A stretch of DNA of 64,000 bases, from positions 1,920,001 to 1,984,000 of the forward strand of contig CM000208.1 of assembly GCA_000002445.1 (NCBI GenBank). The letters run 5' to 3'. The notes under the pieces were generated by a model that searched no databases, had not been told where the DNA came from, and saw nothing but the letters and a program-made list of their open reading frames with translations. The stretch is from Trypanosoma brucei. Taxonomy: Eukaryota. Made by a program: the position numbers and the translations under genes. This document shows, piece after piece, positions 31,962 through 42,175 of this stretch. Position 1 is the first letter of the stretch, and each line of letters starts with the position of its first letter.

Positions 31962-34151
31962 CTATATGGCCACATTCAGGTACCCATTGGGCATAGTAAA
32001 AAGATCAGTGACTGGAGGCGACACGCTGCTCACCACTGAGCCGCCATCACTGCTTCGAAGCGCAATATCAGGTGACGGCGAGAGACCGTCGACATCATTG
32101 CCATCTGTATCTTCTCCAGGCGTGCAATCCGCGAAGAGACTTTTGCAGCCAACACTGCTGCTCTCCTGCGAGAGGTACTGCGAGATGGCGGCATTCGGGT
32201 AGCGTCGCTGCATTTCCTTAACAACTGGGAGGTACGCCTGAGCTGCCACTGCAAGGGCCGCATCCGCGTAGCCCACCAGGCTTTGCCTCAATAATGCGTG
32301 GTAGAGAGTAACGATAACTTCTGGTGGCACCGCGATCTTTAACGAGAGGCGACCCACCGTATTTGCAACGGCGAACTCACCACACCTGAGCCAGAAGAGC
32401 ATCAAATGTGTGATGCCCTCGTTGATCATTAGCTGAATGGCCGAGGTGGGACCAACAGTGGGTGACCGGCTGGTTTGAGTGACATGCTCATTCGGACAGT
32501 ACCTACAGTAACAGTGGAAATGCGCCCTCTGAGGCGTCATTGATGGAACACTGCCCGCAGGAAGGTGTGTCTGGCTGCAATATTCGCAGAGCAGCACTTG
32601 ACGACCAGCGATTTTGTATGCGTGCATCGTCTGGTATGGGGCCGTATTTGGGTGGAGAACCGCAGAACATAGAGAGGGAGACTCTGTTTCTTCATTACCA
32701 ACGTCGCACGAATGATGATTCGGTCGGGGCTCGTTGTACGCAAGCTCCGTAAAACAGTCGAAGGCAGCATTCGCTACTAAAGTGTTCAGTGCCTTGGTTG
32801 CGAGTTTTATGAGAGGCGCAATAACCAGCGGGGCAATTTGTGATATATTCCCAGGTGATTCGTGGGCGACAGCAGCAATTACTCTGAACACCGCCAGCTG
32901 GCTCTCCGCGCACGATGCCCGTGCAGCCAACGACACCGCTACCTCGACAACATCAAGGTCATGCACCCGCTTTTGCAGTGTGGCATCTTTCTCTAAGGCG
33001 CTGGTCGTGACCTGACATAGGAGCCGCTCCAGGCATTCAGAGTTGGGAATGAATGAAACGGCAACACGGAATGGCAAAATATCACTGCGCCCATAGGTGA
33101 ACACCGGGACGTGCAGCAGCAACCAACCAGCTGTTTCCACTATTCCTTGGCAGCAGGAGAGCAGCCGGAGTTGTTCCTCACCGAAGTCCCTCTGATGCAA
33201 CGCAACGGACGGGTCTCTCATGGAGGACTTCCCCATATCTATATGGTGCCTTCTTCCGTTGTCTAACACTGGCACAAGTTCGACTATAACACGGGCAGTT
33301 TCCACCACCAGCGGACCCAATTCACTCGGCAGAGCAATAGCCTGCGACAGGGCTAGGTCACGCGCCACAGTGAGTGACTTCCCTAGTAGTTCGACGTAGA
33401 GCGAAAGTATTGTAGTTTTTACCATCGGATCATAGTTTTCCAGCCACTGATTGAGCTCGTCCAGGACGTAATGGAAGACGTAGTGGATAAACCCCAGCGA
33501 GGCGCGGACAAATGCCACGCGGCCTTCTGATGAAACGTTTCCCCAATCCGAGCAGTACTGGATCAGGGGGTAGTATATAAGGGACGCCATCACAAGACCG
33601 TAGGGAGACCGCTGTTCCATCAGCCGAAAGCTCTCATCTATGCAGTCGAGGAGATCCCGGAGAGACATTCGATCGCTTGGGCTACAGTCCCCTCCCACAA
33701 GATGGGCACCGGCGAGCTCTTCAATCAGCTGCTGCGATGGCACCACCCGCACAACATGAGCGGCATTCGTCCACCCGCCATTTCCGAGCCTGTAATACGT
33801 TTCGGTAGGATCAATGCTTCCCCTTGCACTGGCAACGGCAACCATGAGACGGGCGGGGTACAAGGGACACAATACATGTGCGTTATTCCGTGGTCGGGTT
33901 CTCAGACAAACATCCATGTTGTCGTACGCGAGTATGGGGCTGCGTATGACCACCTGCGGTGTATCGAAAAGTTGCTCATCTATTTCCTGGCACTTCCGGC
34001 ACAGAGTGTAGCGGCATCCCTCCTGCGCACAGTGATACCACTCTGTCATGGATGGGTGAGCCGAGGCTTTGCAGATAGAGCACAGCAGACCCGCTACCGG
34101 GTTCGGGAATGCCTGCATGGGATGTTCCGGGTGGGAACCATGACGCAACAT
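31962..34151 (-). CDS. Hypothetical protein with Cys-rich zinc-finger-like N-terminal motif
   Basis: The track ORF (827 aa, to 34445) begins at a non-ATG codon. The first in-frame ATG at 34151 gives MLRHGSHPEHP.., 729 aa, and sits just downstream of a pyrimidine tract. Cys cluster CSICKASAHPSMTEWYHCAQEGCRYTLCRKCQ, and a second Cys/His cluster near the C-terminus. Confidence 0.5.
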   Translation of the reverse strand: MLRHGSHPEHPMQAFPNPVAGLLCSICKASAHPSMTEWYHCAQEGCRYTLCRKCQEIDEQLFDTPQVVIRSPILAYDNMDVCLRTRPRNNAHVLCPLYPARLMVAVASARGSIDPTETYYRLGNGGWTNAAHVVRVVPSQQLIEELAGAHLVGGDCSPSDRMSLRDLLDCIDESFRLMEQRSPYGLVMASLIYYPLIQYCSDWGNVSSEGRVAFVRASLGFIHYVFHYVLDELNQWLENYDPMVKTTILSLYVELLGKSLTVARDLALSQAIALPSELGPLVVETARVIVELVPVLDNGRRHHIDMGKSSMRDPSVALHQRDFGEEQLRLLSCCQGIVETAGWLLLHVPVFTYGRSDILPFRVAVSFIPNSECLERLLCQVTTSALEKDATLQKRVHDLDVVEVAVSLAARASCAESQLAVFRVIAAVAHESPGNISQIAPLVIAPLIKLATKALNTLVANAAFDCFTELAYNEPRPNHHSCDVGNEETESPSLCSAVLHPNTAPYQTMHAYKIAGRQVLLCEYCSQTHLPAGSVPSMTPQRAHFHCYCRYCPNEHVTQTSRSPTVGPTSAIQLMINEGITHLMLFWLRCGEFAVANTVGRLSLKIAVPPEVIVTLYHALLRQSLVGYADAALAVAAQAYLPVVKEMQRRYPNAAISQYLSQESSSVGCKSLFADCTPGEDTDGNDVDGLSPSPDIALRSSDGGSVVSSVSPPVTDLFTMPNGYLNVAI

Positions 34152-34578
34152 CGTTATATGTTCTGCTCTTTTTTGATCTATCGCAGCTACACGACTTAAA
34201 TTCCCTTGCTTGCAATAATGTGAGCACGGGAAGAACAAAGGGGATGTAAAAAGAATGGAGAAAGGTGAAACCTCCGCATCGTATTCACCCACTCCCGTTA
34301 TTTCGCCCCAGGGACTTCTTTCCTTTGAATTGTCTACAACATCGACAATTCCATCTTCTCCAGAAACGTAGGGAAACCAAAATAAAGTTTCCACGAGAGA
34401 AACGATTTCGCGTATCCTCGTAGTCCCGCACCCGCACCGATACAAGTGTGCAAGGGGGACTGTCGCAGCGCAACAAAGGGAAGGGTTAAAAAAAGGGGCG
34501 ACAAATTAACGGCAGTTTCCAGTGGCCAGAAGCTGCGCCGTCAAATAATCGTAGGCACAGCGTACAAAAATATATGTG

Positions 34579-34925
34579 CAGACACTGAAGAACCCATTGA
34601 TACAACAGATCGTACACATCGACAGTTCAGTGAAACCGCCTCCATGTTTCCCCCGCCATTTCTCAAAAAGATGTGCAGGTGACAATATTCTCACGGGGTG
34701 GGGTGAACAGCTGTGACTACGTGCTATCACGACCAAAAAGGGGAAAAACAAGGGGGGCGGGATGAGAGGAACAAACAAAGAGTAAGTGGAGAACATGGAC
34801 AGTTAAAAGTCCTTTTCCCTTTCCTCCACCCAAACACGCGAGGTAAGGAAGATGTTTCCGATGCGGCTACAGCAGACAAACCCACTGACCTCAGCCCCAC
34901 AGCGCAATGTTACCCTGGCTTGAAT
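34579..34925. repeat. Dispersed repeat copy B (~347 bp), intergenic between the polytopic membrane-protein gene and the 729-aa Cys-rich protein gene
   Basis: Same sequence as 13745-14091 and in the same orientation. The offset between copies is a constant 20,834 bp. Flanking sequences are unrelated. Confidence 0.85.
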
Positions 34926-35248
34926 ATTTCAGGTAAAGATGTTCCAACAACGGCACACTGCGTGCAAGAGATTTTCCGTTCCACTCCCAGGTGTCCATTC
35001 ACAGCACCTCCCAAGAAGACGCTAAGAGCGATCTCGATGAGAAAGTCCGAAAAGCACGGAGCAGGACATATGCCGCGGAGCGCCGACATAGCCAATATAT
35101 TGGAGAGCAAGAACATGTGCCGCAATTCGGAGGGAGATCTCGTGGATAGTGGCAAAAGGCCACACGGCGCCCTCCCTCCAAATGCCGAGAAGCGGGAACT
35201 GTATGCGTAGGTGTGTGCGTGTGAGGAAGGGAAAGAACATGGATACGC

Positions 35249-36406
35249 CTACAAGTCAAACAGCATTTCCTCCTCATTTTCACAAAATGTCAGGCCATAC
35301 CGATGTAGCAAGGAGGCGAAGATAACCGTCCACCCTCCGAAGAACACGCCCAACCAAATAAAGATAGCATAGGGAGTGAGGGGCTCAATCATGCAGCAAA
35401 GTGAACTCAGCACGCAGAGTTCCAATGATGCTTCCGCTACATATTGCAGTAGTCGACATGACGAGAAAAATGACCCTCTCATCTTGAACAGTAGGGAGGC
35501 AGAAAACAATGCACAGAAGCCGGACCAAAAGGGACCACCAATGAACACGGCGCCGTACACGTAAATTAAGCGGTGAGCCATCGTGAGCTGCAGCAGATAC
35601 TCATCACAGAGTTGCAAATTAACACACCAGCCCCCGAGGGTTGACAGTGAACCTATTATCCCATCCACAACGAGAGCATGAAGCACAAGACCTAAGTATC
35701 CTTCTGCAACGTACCTGCGGTGTCGAGAAGACAAACACCTTTCGTTAAATAGAAGCGTCATTTTGCTTCCACTACATGGGAGTGCACTGCTCAAAAACGT
35801 AAGCGTCGGGACTAGCAGCCATGCAGACAAGGTGAAGGCTCCGTGGTAAAGGAATGATTTTATCTTTTCCAGTGGCATCAACCTACCTTCTTCAAGTGGA
35901 AGCAGAACGTTCCAACATCCAGCCGTCAGCACCATACCGAACACCCAGGCAAAATGATAAACCAGAGTATATTTGATGCCGGAGGGGTAAAGCACATCTG
36001 CAAGGTACGAAACGACACTGTTTTTGTGAAAAGTTGACACCAACGTGCAGAGCGGGAGCAACGCCGCGTCCGCTAACGACATGTGAATGGCGCCGGTGCT
36101 TTTCAACCCAGTGGGTGCTCGCGACCTCGTGCACCTGGTCACACGGCCGAATGTGATGCGACCACGCTCCCGCCACAGAAAATGAAGCACGCCACGTAGA
36201 GTTCGTGCAACAACAAAACACGCCACTGCTGAGCCACTGACGGCATTCACCACCGTACCCTCGCCAGGACCCCATCCTATAAGATACGCCACGAGTCCTA
36301 TCGATACAACATACAGGGCAAGCGGTGGGTAGCGCAGGAGGGAAGAAAAGTTCCTCCCCGGGCAACTTCCAAACTCCGCCGTATCGCCTTGTGAGTTACC
36401 GAGCAT
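35249..36406 (-). CDS. Polytopic membrane protein (about 9-10 predicted TM helices; hypothetical)
   Basis: 385-aa ORF with ATG start. Hydrophobic segments throughout. A poly-C tract (G11 on the plus strand at ~36478-36489) lies just upstream. No family assigned. Confidence 0.5.
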   Translation of the reverse strand: MLGNSQGDTAEFGSCPGRNFSSLLRYPPLALYVVSIGLVAYLIGWGPGEGTVVNAVSGSAVACFVVARTLRGVLHFLWRERGRITFGRVTRCTRSRAPTGLKSTGAIHMSLADAALLPLCTLVSTFHKNSVVSYLADVLYPSGIKYTLVYHFAWVFGMVLTAGCWNVLLPLEEGRLMPLEKIKSFLYHGAFTLSAWLLVPTLTFLSSALPCSGSKMTLLFNERCLSSRHRRYVAEGYLGLVLHALVVDGIIGSLSTLGGWCVNLQLCDEYLLQLTMAHRLIYVYGAVFIGGPFWSGFCALFSASLLFKMRGSFFSSCRLLQYVAEASLELCVLSSLCCMIEPLTPYAIFIWLGVFFGGWTVIFASLLHRYGLTFCENEEEMLFDL

Positions 36407-36762
36407 TGTTGAATCTGATACGTTGGTACGTGTGTGTGCTACACCGCCAATTCACCACGCCCTCCCTTACTTCAGTTGGGGGGGGGGGTGACGAAATGAT
36501 GTTTAGCCCACCTGTGGCTTCGTCTCTCCCAACTGACGTACAACACGCAGGAGGTATGTAGTTAAGATGACGCGCTGTAGAAAGACCGAAAGACCAAGGA
36601 ATGAAAAATAGAGAAATACAAATAACAGGGGTTAAGAGGTTTTTACAGCCAAAAATGGAGCAAAACAAAAAAAAGCAAGGAAAATGATGGCAGCACCAAC
36701 GATCACACGATGTTGCCGCATTGAAAGTATGGAATTACGTGTTCATAAATCGAGGACAAAAT

Positions 36763-37332
36763 TTACTTCCATACAAAAGTTCCCTGCGGTGTCTGTTCCC
36801 TAATGATTACCTCAGCTTGCCGCAACCGTTTAAACGCCATCGGGCCATATGGCTGCATGGAGGTGGGAAGTTCGCTAATATAAAACTGGATGTTGCGCCC
36901 CGGGATAGAGTGGACTAAATTGATGATGTTGTCCTCGACAGCGGCAGCGAAGGATGCACTTGCATCATTATCTCCCGGTGCCGGTGCCGCGCTATCCGAT
37001 GTTAAATCAGTGTGCTGCAGCACGCTGAGATCTTCCTCCTCCGCACAGTGGCGACGTATTCGGTGGAGTTTGCGCGGCACAGAAAACACGGGGTACCACC
37101 GTGGGGGCTCTTCTGGCCCGTCTATACGATCCACCGTGACCTGGCCGTGGAACTTCAGTTCACCCCACAGGACGCGTGTTACCTCCATTATTCGTTCTTT
37201 TCCAAAGTAACGATTGGCATAATAAACGGCCGTCATTCCTGGATCGCGGCGCACCGTATCGAGCAGTGTGGGCAGCGTTATTGCCCTCCGGCCGGGTTCC
37301 GATGCCCCGCGCAGTAATACGCTGGAAAACAT
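36763..37332 (-). CDS. Hypothetical protein
   Basis: 189-aa ORF with ATG start, coherent composition, no recognisable domain. Confidence 0.4.
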   Translation of the reverse strand: MFSSVLLRGASEPGRRAITLPTLLDTVRRDPGMTAVYYANRYFGKERIMEVTRVLWGELKFHGQVTVDRIDGPEEPPRWYPVFSVPRKLHRIRRHCAEEEDLSVLQHTDLTSDSAAPAPGDNDASASFAAAVEDNIINLVHSIPGRNIQFYISELPTSMQPYGPMAFKRLRQAEVIIREQTPQGTFVWK

Positions 37333-37965
37333 CTACAATTTTCCCGACATCGACGACATACGAAATCCAAGAGCAGAGGGGAGAGGAAAGACAGCACATA
37401 AGGGAATGGACGAAAAAAAAAATAAAACAATCCAGCTACGCCTTTTGCGTTACAACACAATCACTTCAATTACACACTCAACAATTGTGTTCTTCGGGGT
37501 AAACACACAAGACCCGCAAGACTAAGCAGAGGAAAACAAAAAGGAAACATCTACACAAATAAACCCACACACACCGATGTGAAAAATGCAGACGACTGTG
37601 AAAGTGAACCTCAACCCATCTTCCATTGGTAGTGTTTAGCAGTTGTGCAGAGGCGACTCGTTTCCGCAAACTAACTTACTGAGTTTCGCAACCTCCACCT
37701 CCTGCACCGGGGGTAAATATAAACGACATTAGCTCCGGTTTCTCCGGCAGCCTGCATGTATACGTTCCCCCTCTTTTTTTTCTATAGAGGTGCGTGCGAT
37801 ATTCTCCCTCCAAACAGCGGCAGCAACGGCCCAAAGCACGGTTCTATGACATCATGTGGTGATACTACCACTCTCTTCCTTGTTAGTTTCGATGCTCTAC
37901 GCAATACTCCGCGCCACGGGAGCATCGTCTACTTTCCCCCCGCGCGCACTGAAGAATTTGCACTC

Positions 37966-38565
37966 TTATCGCGTTTTTCCAAGTGTGACAGTAGCGCTCT
38001 TGAGTTGGGCTGTCAAAATGGCTAGCCTGGCGCGGACAGCACTGTAGCGGTAGCCAATCTGTTCCCGCACCACCTCCTCTGGCGAGGCGCGAAAGGGGAG
38101 GGATAAAACGTTGATAATTTTGTACTCTAAATTTTCTACAAACTCCATCTTAGCTGTTCCATCCGCCCCCACAACATATACCATTAAAAAGCGTTGGGGT
38201 TCTTTAATACAACGGTTGAGCATCTTCAAAAACGTCATGAGAAAGTCTGCAAAGTCACACACAAGACTCTGGTGTTCTCTCAGTCGCAAGAAGCCGACGT
38301 GATTGATGACACATGTCTGATGGAAGAAGAGGTCACATTCACTCGTTACCTCTACACGCAATGCCGTTAGAGTGTGATCGTCACCAAGTGTCAGTACCTT
38401 CACTTTCAAACCCTCTAGTGAGCCGTCACCGCTCCCGTCCGCTCCGCGTAACTCACAGGGAACCTCGCGGTCGTATACTACCCGAAAGCCATCGGCGATG
38501 GACGGATCCGATTGCTCAATCGCGCGGAAATCCTTTTCAAGCTGCGCAACGAGGGGGTCGCTCAT
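37966..38565 (-). CDS. SAS6L: SAS-6 N-terminal (head/PISA) domain protein lacking the long coiled coil: SAS6-like (SAS6L)
   Basis: The track ORF (to 38790) starts at a non-ATG codon and translates a pyrimidine tract. The ATG at 38565 (MSDPLVAQLEKDF.., 199 aa) follows a polyY...AG tract. RVEVTSECDLFFHQ..EHQSLVCDFADFLMTFLKMLNRC..EPQRFLMVYVV aligns with the human SAS6 head domain ([44 protein letters not shown]). Confidence 0.6.
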   Translation of the reverse strand: MSDPLVAQLEKDFRAIEQSDPSIADGFRVVYDREVPCELRGADGSGDGSLEGLKVKVLTLGDDHTLTALRVEVTSECDLFFHQTCVINHVGFLRLREHQSLVCDFADFLMTFLKMLNRCIKEPQRFLMVYVVGADGTAKMEFVENLEYKIINVLSLPFRASPEEVVREQIGYRYSAVRARLAILTAQLKSATVTLGKTR

Positions 38566-38910
38566 CACCAATTGAAGGAGGCAACCACTAACTATGGAAA
38601 GGGGTGAATAAAGAGGAAAAGGGAGAGAAAACTGGTAGTATATTTCTATGCGATCCATTCGGTGCGAGAACTTTAAAATTTTGTTTGAGGCATGATGGGT
38701 GGGGAATGAAGTGCCTTTCAAAAAAAAAAAAGTGCACGGCGCAAGAAAGGAAGGTTCCTGGGAAGTCCCCGCACGCACGTTTGGAGGCACACTGACTCAC
38801 GGCACAAACTATCATGATGAAGCTCAAATACGCGAAGTTCGGTTCGAGACACTCCCACTGTGTGTGTGCGTGTGTGTCCTATCAACCACACAACGCATTA
38901 AAGAAGGTTC

Positions 38911-39192
38911 CTATAGCCGATTTCCTTTCTGCACAGTCTGTTTGTTAAAATATACTTCTTCGATAATCTCCTGCTGACGTTTACAGTTTATACACGGCCC
39001 GTCCTTTGCCCGCTCATTGTTCCAACGACAAGTGAAGTAGAACCCACCAGCAGCGAAGAGGAGAGCGGCAGGCGCTAACCATTTGAGTGCACGTGGAGGG
39101 CTGCGGTGCGACACCAAATGTTCACCACGCGCTACGCTAGAGTAGGGATAATTACCTGCCACTACCTTTGTTGCATTTTCCTTCGTTCCCAT
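38911..39192 (-). CDS. Candidate small single-pass membrane protein (unannotated-type small ORF)
   Basis: A 93-aa ORF begins at the internal ATG (MGTKENATKV..), immediately downstream of a strong pyrimidine tract (the protein-track residues FLFLFFLSLPS are that tract). One TM segment WLAPAALLFAAGGFYF. Evidence is weak, resting on pyrimidine tract plus ATG plus TM segment only. Confidence 0.3.
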   Translation of the reverse strand: MGTKENATKVVAGNYPYSSVARGEHLVSHRSPPRALKWLAPAALLFAAGGFYFTCRWNNERAKDGPCINCKRQQEIIEEVYFNKQTVQKGNRL

Positions 39193-39619
39193 TCTGCTGG
39201 GAAGGGAAAGGAAAAATAAAAATAAAAACCAAGGCACCCCACCTGCGAGTAGCGTACCGTTCGACTAACTACAGCTCTGCTGCTACTTTCCGCGGCGTGA
39301 AGCAGTTATCAAAACGGGAAAAAGGTGGAGAATTGATGAGTAGAAGTAGAAAATAATGACAGCAATGCAACGTCTGTGGCGCAGGAGTGTGAAGGTGTGC
39401 ATTATCAACGCATTAGTCATTCCTTCCATCACATTCACACTTGGTGTTCACCATGTCTTTGTGAAAGGTGCCACCTTAAATTCCAAAGGTTCTTCTTTGT
39501 TATATCATTGTTTTTTTTCTGAGGGGGTATATTTCCCCTCTTTCCCTTTCCTTCTTTTAACCTCCGTTCCCCCCTCCTTCTGTGCAACACAATCTAAAAC
39601 CCCCCCAGTAATTGAATAG

Positions 39620-39644
39620 TATATATATATATATATATATATAT
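39620..39644. repeat. (TA)12 microsatellite
   Basis: Read in sequence, intergenic upstream of the SAS6L region. Confidence 0.8.
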
Positions 39645-40243
39645 CTGTTTGATGGAAAAGAACAAAACTTCCCACCAATGTCCTCTCTTGTCCAAACGTC
39701 TCCCTTTTTTTTTTCTTGTCTCCAATGAGTTGGCAGTGACTCCACTAGTTAGTAAACATCCCAAGGATGCATACGCCCCTGCTTGGTAAAATCGGTTCCG
39801 ACCAGCACATTATTGCATTTGTAACATGAGGTGCAGACACCTTCTTTGTGCTTGCCGCCTCAGTCACTTCAATTCCTTCACAGTCGCGGCCGCACACACC
39901 CACGCACACGTACCCTCCACTCGAAATTGCACCGCCCCCGCGCATTCTCTTTTATTACGTGTCACGCAAATAAGGCATGCGAGACAGCAATCCTACGGTG
40001 AGGAATATATGTATATGTGCGGAGGCGTCTTCGCGGCCCCGCTTTCTTTAAATACATGTAAGTGTTACTTTACCCCGGAGGTGATTAGAGGTGACATGGA
40101 AGCAAGCCACTCCCGTCAACTTAACCCAGCACACGTGCAGCATTTTTGCTTTAATACCTCGCTCTGCCCTCCCTTCCCACCCTTCTCCTTGTTTCATACG
40201 ACTTTCTTTCCCTTTCCGTTTGCTTGGTACGCATGTTCTAACC

Positions 40244-41899
40244 CTACGCTACCTCAATGAGCGACGGTTCGTAGTCTGATGGAGCTTCAAAGCCCATTAG
40301 ATTGATGAATGTTGCCGTCACGTTGGCAAGGCCCGCACGCGGAAGGTCTGTCCGCATTTGCACACGGGGATCAAGACCAGCGCCTCCGATAAAAACAGGG
40401 ACGGGTGCAAGTGTGTGCGATGTGAGTGGCATGAGATTACCTTCAGCATCACGTACCGGTTTACCCTTCTTGTCGCGTTGCACCATATCATCTGAGTTTC
40501 CGTGGTCTGCAGTTATGAGGAACACGCCATTCACGGAGTCCACCGCCTCCTTCAACCGCTGGAGTGACTGGTCGACGGCTTCAAGTGACGTAATCGTTGC
40601 TTTAAGGTCACCGGTGTGGCCAACCATATCACCGTTGGGGTAGTTGATGCGGATCATATCGTACTTACCACTCTTTATTGCGTCGACGGCGGCATCAGTG
40701 ATCTCTTTGCTCTTCATGAGGGGCTTCTGGTTGAACTGCACGCGATCACTTGGAATCTCACAGAAGGTCTCACGCTCTTCGCTCAACTTGCCGCTGCGGT
40801 TGCCATTCCAAAAGTATGTGACATGACCAAACTTTTGTGTCTCGGAGAGGGCAAAGATGTTGCAGCCAGAACCAATGAGATACTCCTCGCTTGTCCGCGT
40901 GAGCTTAGGTGGGGGGACAAGAAAGTTGTTAGGAATACCCAAGTCACCATCGTAGCGCATCATGCCTGCATAGCGCACCTTGGGCAAGCGTACGCGATTG
41001 AACTTGTCGAATTCCTCTTCCTCGAAGGCGCGGGACATTTCGATCACACGGTCTCCACGGAAATTGAAACAGAGCACGGCATCGCCATCTTCAATGGTGC
41101 CAATGGGTCGGCCGTCGTCACCAGCGATGACAAATGGTGGGTAGTACTGGTCCGAGATGTTTGCATCTTCCTCACGGAATTTAGTGAGGGCCTCGCGGGC
41201 CGATTTGAAGGCGCGTCCCTCACCAAGCACCTGAGCACGCCAGCCCCGCTCAACGATCGACCAGTCCGCTTCGTAGCGGTCCATAGTCACAAACATACGA
41301 CCACCGCCACTCGCGATGCGGGCGTCGCAACCGCCCTCACGTAACTTCGCCAGGACTTCCTCGAGTTCGTCGGTGAACTTGAAGGAGGTCTTGTCAGGTA
41401 CATCACGGCCATCATACAGCGCGTGCACGCGAATGCGCTTGGCCCCATTAGCACCAGCGTGTTTAAGGATCTGATACACTTGGTTGTCGCGTGAGTGCAC
41501 ACCACCGTCGCTCAGTAAACCAATGAGGTGTAAGGTGCGTCCAGGTTGTGAGAAGGCGCCATGGAGGTAGCGGTATCCTTCGCTCGTGAATATTTCTCCA
41601 CTTTCCAGGGCGTCGTCGACAAGCGAAGCTCCTTGCAGGACCACACGACCGGCCCCAAGAGCGTTGTGACCGACCTCACTGTTTCCCATATCGGCATCAG
41701 TGGGGAGCCCGACAGCGGTGCCGTGAGCACAGATGGAGCGGAAGTGCTTGGGATCATTAAAGAGAGCATCCATGAGGGGCGTCTTGGCTACATGGACGGC
41801 ATCGTACTCATCACGGGGGCCAATACCAACACCGTCAAGAACGACTAGCACCAGTTTGCGGCGTGGGAGTGTCTTGTGAGCAGCAAGCGTGAGTGCCAT
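40244..41899 (-). CDS. PGAM: 2,3-bisphosphoglycerate-independent phosphoglycerate mutase (iPGAM, alkaline-phosphatase superfamily)
   Basis: The first ATG (41899) gives MALTLAAHKTLPRRKLVLVVLDGVGIG.., 551 aa. The cofactor-independent PGAM family is unmistakable (catalytic Ser region, Mn-binding Asp/His motifs ..ITADHGNSD..), and the size matches trypanosomatid iPGAM. Confidence 0.9.
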   Translation of the reverse strand: MALTLAAHKTLPRRKLVLVVLDGVGIGPRDEYDAVHVAKTPLMDALFNDPKHFRSICAHGTAVGLPTDADMGNSEVGHNALGAGRVVLQGASLVDDALESGEIFTSEGYRYLHGAFSQPGRTLHLIGLLSDGGVHSRDNQVYQILKHAGANGAKRIRVHALYDGRDVPDKTSFKFTDELEEVLAKLREGGCDARIASGGGRMFVTMDRYEADWSIVERGWRAQVLGEGRAFKSAREALTKFREEDANISDQYYPPFVIAGDDGRPIGTIEDGDAVLCFNFRGDRVIEMSRAFEEEEFDKFNRVRLPKVRYAGMMRYDGDLGIPNNFLVPPPKLTRTSEEYLIGSGCNIFALSETQKFGHVTYFWNGNRSGKLSEERETFCEIPSDRVQFNQKPLMKSKEITDAAVDAIKSGKYDMIRINYPNGDMVGHTGDLKATITSLEAVDQSLQRLKEAVDSVNGVFLITADHGNSDDMVQRDKKGKPVRDAEGNLMPLTSHTLAPVPVFIGGAGLDPRVQMRTDLPRAGLANVTATFINLMGFEAPSDYEPSLIEVA

Positions 41900-42175
41900 T
41901 AGCAAAAATTTCTAACAAGAATAAAGAGATTAGTATGGCCGCTGTAGTAAATGCTGTGTTAGTTATGGGAAGGTTCACTCCTAAACAGGGGACACAAACA
42001 AAAAGAAAAGAAGCGGAAGGGGAATATCTATATTCGAAATGCATTCCCCTTTTCTTTCTCTTCGCGTGAATACAACGAAGGAACAACTTTCATCAGCGAT
42101 AACAAAAGCAGCAGTAGCATTAGACACAGTGACCTGTAGCCCCCCTTGAGTTCTCCACAACTCTAAGTGGACTAC

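Noticed and set aside
36478-36489. G11 homopolymer (and a similar G-run near 60721-60733)
   Set aside because: On the transcribed strand these are poly-C tracts forming part of the pyrimidine-rich splice-acceptor regions just upstream of start codons. They are ordinary for trypanosome intergenic DNA, though they may be error-prone in sequencing.
37966-38790. 274-aa version of the SAS6-like ORF and its internal upstream ATG at 38658
   Set aside because: The first codon is non-ATG. The ATG at 38658 lies upstream of the pyrimidine-tract/AG acceptor signals, so it is probably not in the mature mRNA.
40616-41344. 242-aa plus-strand ORF inside PGAM
   Set aside because: Antisense frame of a highly conserved minus-strand CDS. 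There is no pyrimidine tract or start context.
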